Assembly: GCF_963921235.1 (NCBI RefSeq)
Contig: NC_086104.1
Span: 26,164,001-26,228,000, forward strand
Length of the DNA stretch: 64,000 bases
Source of the DNA: Mobula hypostoma
Taxonomy: Eukaryota
Direction: 5' to 3'
The position numbers and the translations under genes are program-made. The notes beneath the pieces were generated by a model. The model was not told the DNA's origin, made no database searches, and saw only the letters and a list, made by a program, of their open reading frames with translations. Positions 62,360 through 64,000 of the stretch are shown here, one piece after another (the stretch's first letter is position 1; the number at the start of each line of letters is the position of its first letter).

Positions 62360-62930
62360 AGAGTTATTGAGCACGACAGCCCAGAATCAGACCCTTCAGC
62401 TCATTTAGTCCGTGCTATACTATTATTCTCTCTTGTCTCATCGACGTGAACCTGGACCATAGCCCTCCATACCCCTCTCATCCATGTACTTATCCAAACT
62501 TCTCTGAAGTGTTGAAATTGAACCCGCATCCACCATTTCTGCCGACAGCTCAATCCATACTCTCACCACCCTTCGAGTAAAGAAGTGCTCCCCTTAAGCA
62601 TTTCACCTTTCACCCTTAACCCATGTCCCCTAGTTCTAGCTCCACACAATCCCTGGTTGATTATCCACCTCAGTACCTTGTTCCCGCCCTTTCCTGATAT
62701 CGCCGGATCACTTCAGCACTAAGCAATAAATTTACTCACTTTAGCTTCCAGTGCCTTCTGTGGTGGGTAATTCCACAGGTGAGAAAAAACTTCTGATCTC
62801 AGCTCTAAATCGTATCCTGATGCTGTCATGGATTCCCCACCTATTGGCACCATCCTCTTTGTGTTTAGTCTGCATTGTCCTGTAGGATTTTATATGTTTC
62901 TACAAGATTCCTTCTCACAAAAACCTACAA
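62360..62930 (-). mobile_element. CR1 3' fragments, decayed
   Basis: CR1 tail motifs (cccttcagc..., catccaccatttctgccgacagctc, ttccacag). Confidence 0.6.
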
Positions 62931-64000
62931 AATTCTAACAGGTCAAGCAGGATAGAACTCATTCACTCCTCCACACTGAAAATAAACCTAACAGACTCAG
63001 TTTTTCCTCAGACGTCATTCTGGCAAATGAGAAGAGAAACAGGTGGAGGTAATAAGCCTGATGGGATAATTCCCGTCAAGGCTTAGCTGAAAATGTACCT
63101 TTATGTAATTTCAGGCAAAAGCTAATGACACAGCCCATTACCTAACTGAGAAAGCATCAAGATGTCCTGAAATAGAACAAGAGACTAGGAGAAGGATCTC
63201 ACTGATGGCCATAGAATGTCACAGAAGCTAATACTTGTATAGTTTTGAGTTTATAATCCAGACAGTAGAGTAATGTATAGTAATGAATAAGGACTGAGAT
63301 GGAACCAGAGAGAAAGCATAAGTTAAAAGATAATCAGCAATATATTGTGAGGAGGTGACCACAGAACATAGGACCATTAAGAGATAGGGGCAGAATTAAG
63401 CCATTTGGCCCATTGAGTCTGCACGGCAAACCGTCAGAATGGGTGCTGTCGGTATGTTTTTCAAGAAGAGTATCAACTCATCAGATAATTTTCTGATCAA
63501 GAGATGCTTCACCTGTGTACTAGTAGTTAGTTTGCAAATTATGCATATGTGATCAAGAATAAAATGTACTGAAAATGCTGCATAGCAGGGAAAGCATTGA
63601 TTTGCCTCAACTTCCAGCTTGCCTAAACACATGTACTTCCCCTAGACGCATGCTCCTTTATTTCCTTTCAACTGCCTGCTCAGCTAAACTATTCTTAAAC
63701 AACGATTTGGTACCTACTTAAATCATTAATTCTAGACATGTATTTTGTGGTTTTATAACCAGCTGCTAAAGTCATTCTTCTGCTTCCTATCCAAGATAGT
63801 TCATGTTTAATATAGTATCCAATTGTATCTAACAGGTCAGCCTCCAATACGTAAGGCAAATTACTTAAATATTTTTGCAAAAAAATGTCTAACTTGAAGG
63901 TATTGCAAAAAGTGTGTATATGAAAGAGAATATTTAGCAGTTAATTGTTCAAAGGATATCAATCTATCTTCTTTAAATAAATCCAAAAAAGAATTAATAC

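Noticed and set aside
63396-63880. Minus-strand ORFs as the next upstream RGS7 exon
   Set aside because: No match to the expected KEPSQQRVKRWGF...SENLR sequence; that exon is outside the window.

Overview
Eukaryotic, repeat-dense vertebrate DNA. The repeat families (CR1, HE1/V-SINE-like, Penelope-derived repeats, Rex1/Babar) suggest a cartilaginous fish, probably a ray or skate; this is inference. The only host gene I can support is the 3' end of RGS7 on the minus strand: exons at 62238-62052, 60379-60290 and 37962-37912 (stop), plus a probable 3' UTR to about 37040. The upstream exons lie beyond the right edge. The rest is intronic or intergenic DNA full of decayed mobile elements: many CR1 LINEs (two nested CR1-in-CR1 sets), two Gypsy LTR elements, a solo LTR with internal minisatellites, Tc1 and hAT-Charlie transposons, RTE, Hero, Rex1/Babar, SINEs and Penelope-like pieces. 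Three observations stand out. (1) Dispersed Penelope-derived repeats carry minimal hammerhead-ribozyme motifs, including back-to-back palindromic units, one with a target-site duplication. (2) A Gypsy element has a single LTR with a PPT on one side and a PBS on the other (a permuted, 1-LTR-circle-like junction), bracketed by a ~210-bp duplication of host sequence. (3) That duplicated segment resembles a short alternative terminal exon of RGS7. Repeat boundaries are approximate unless TIRs or TSDs are quoted. Family names come from motif recognition, not database searches.
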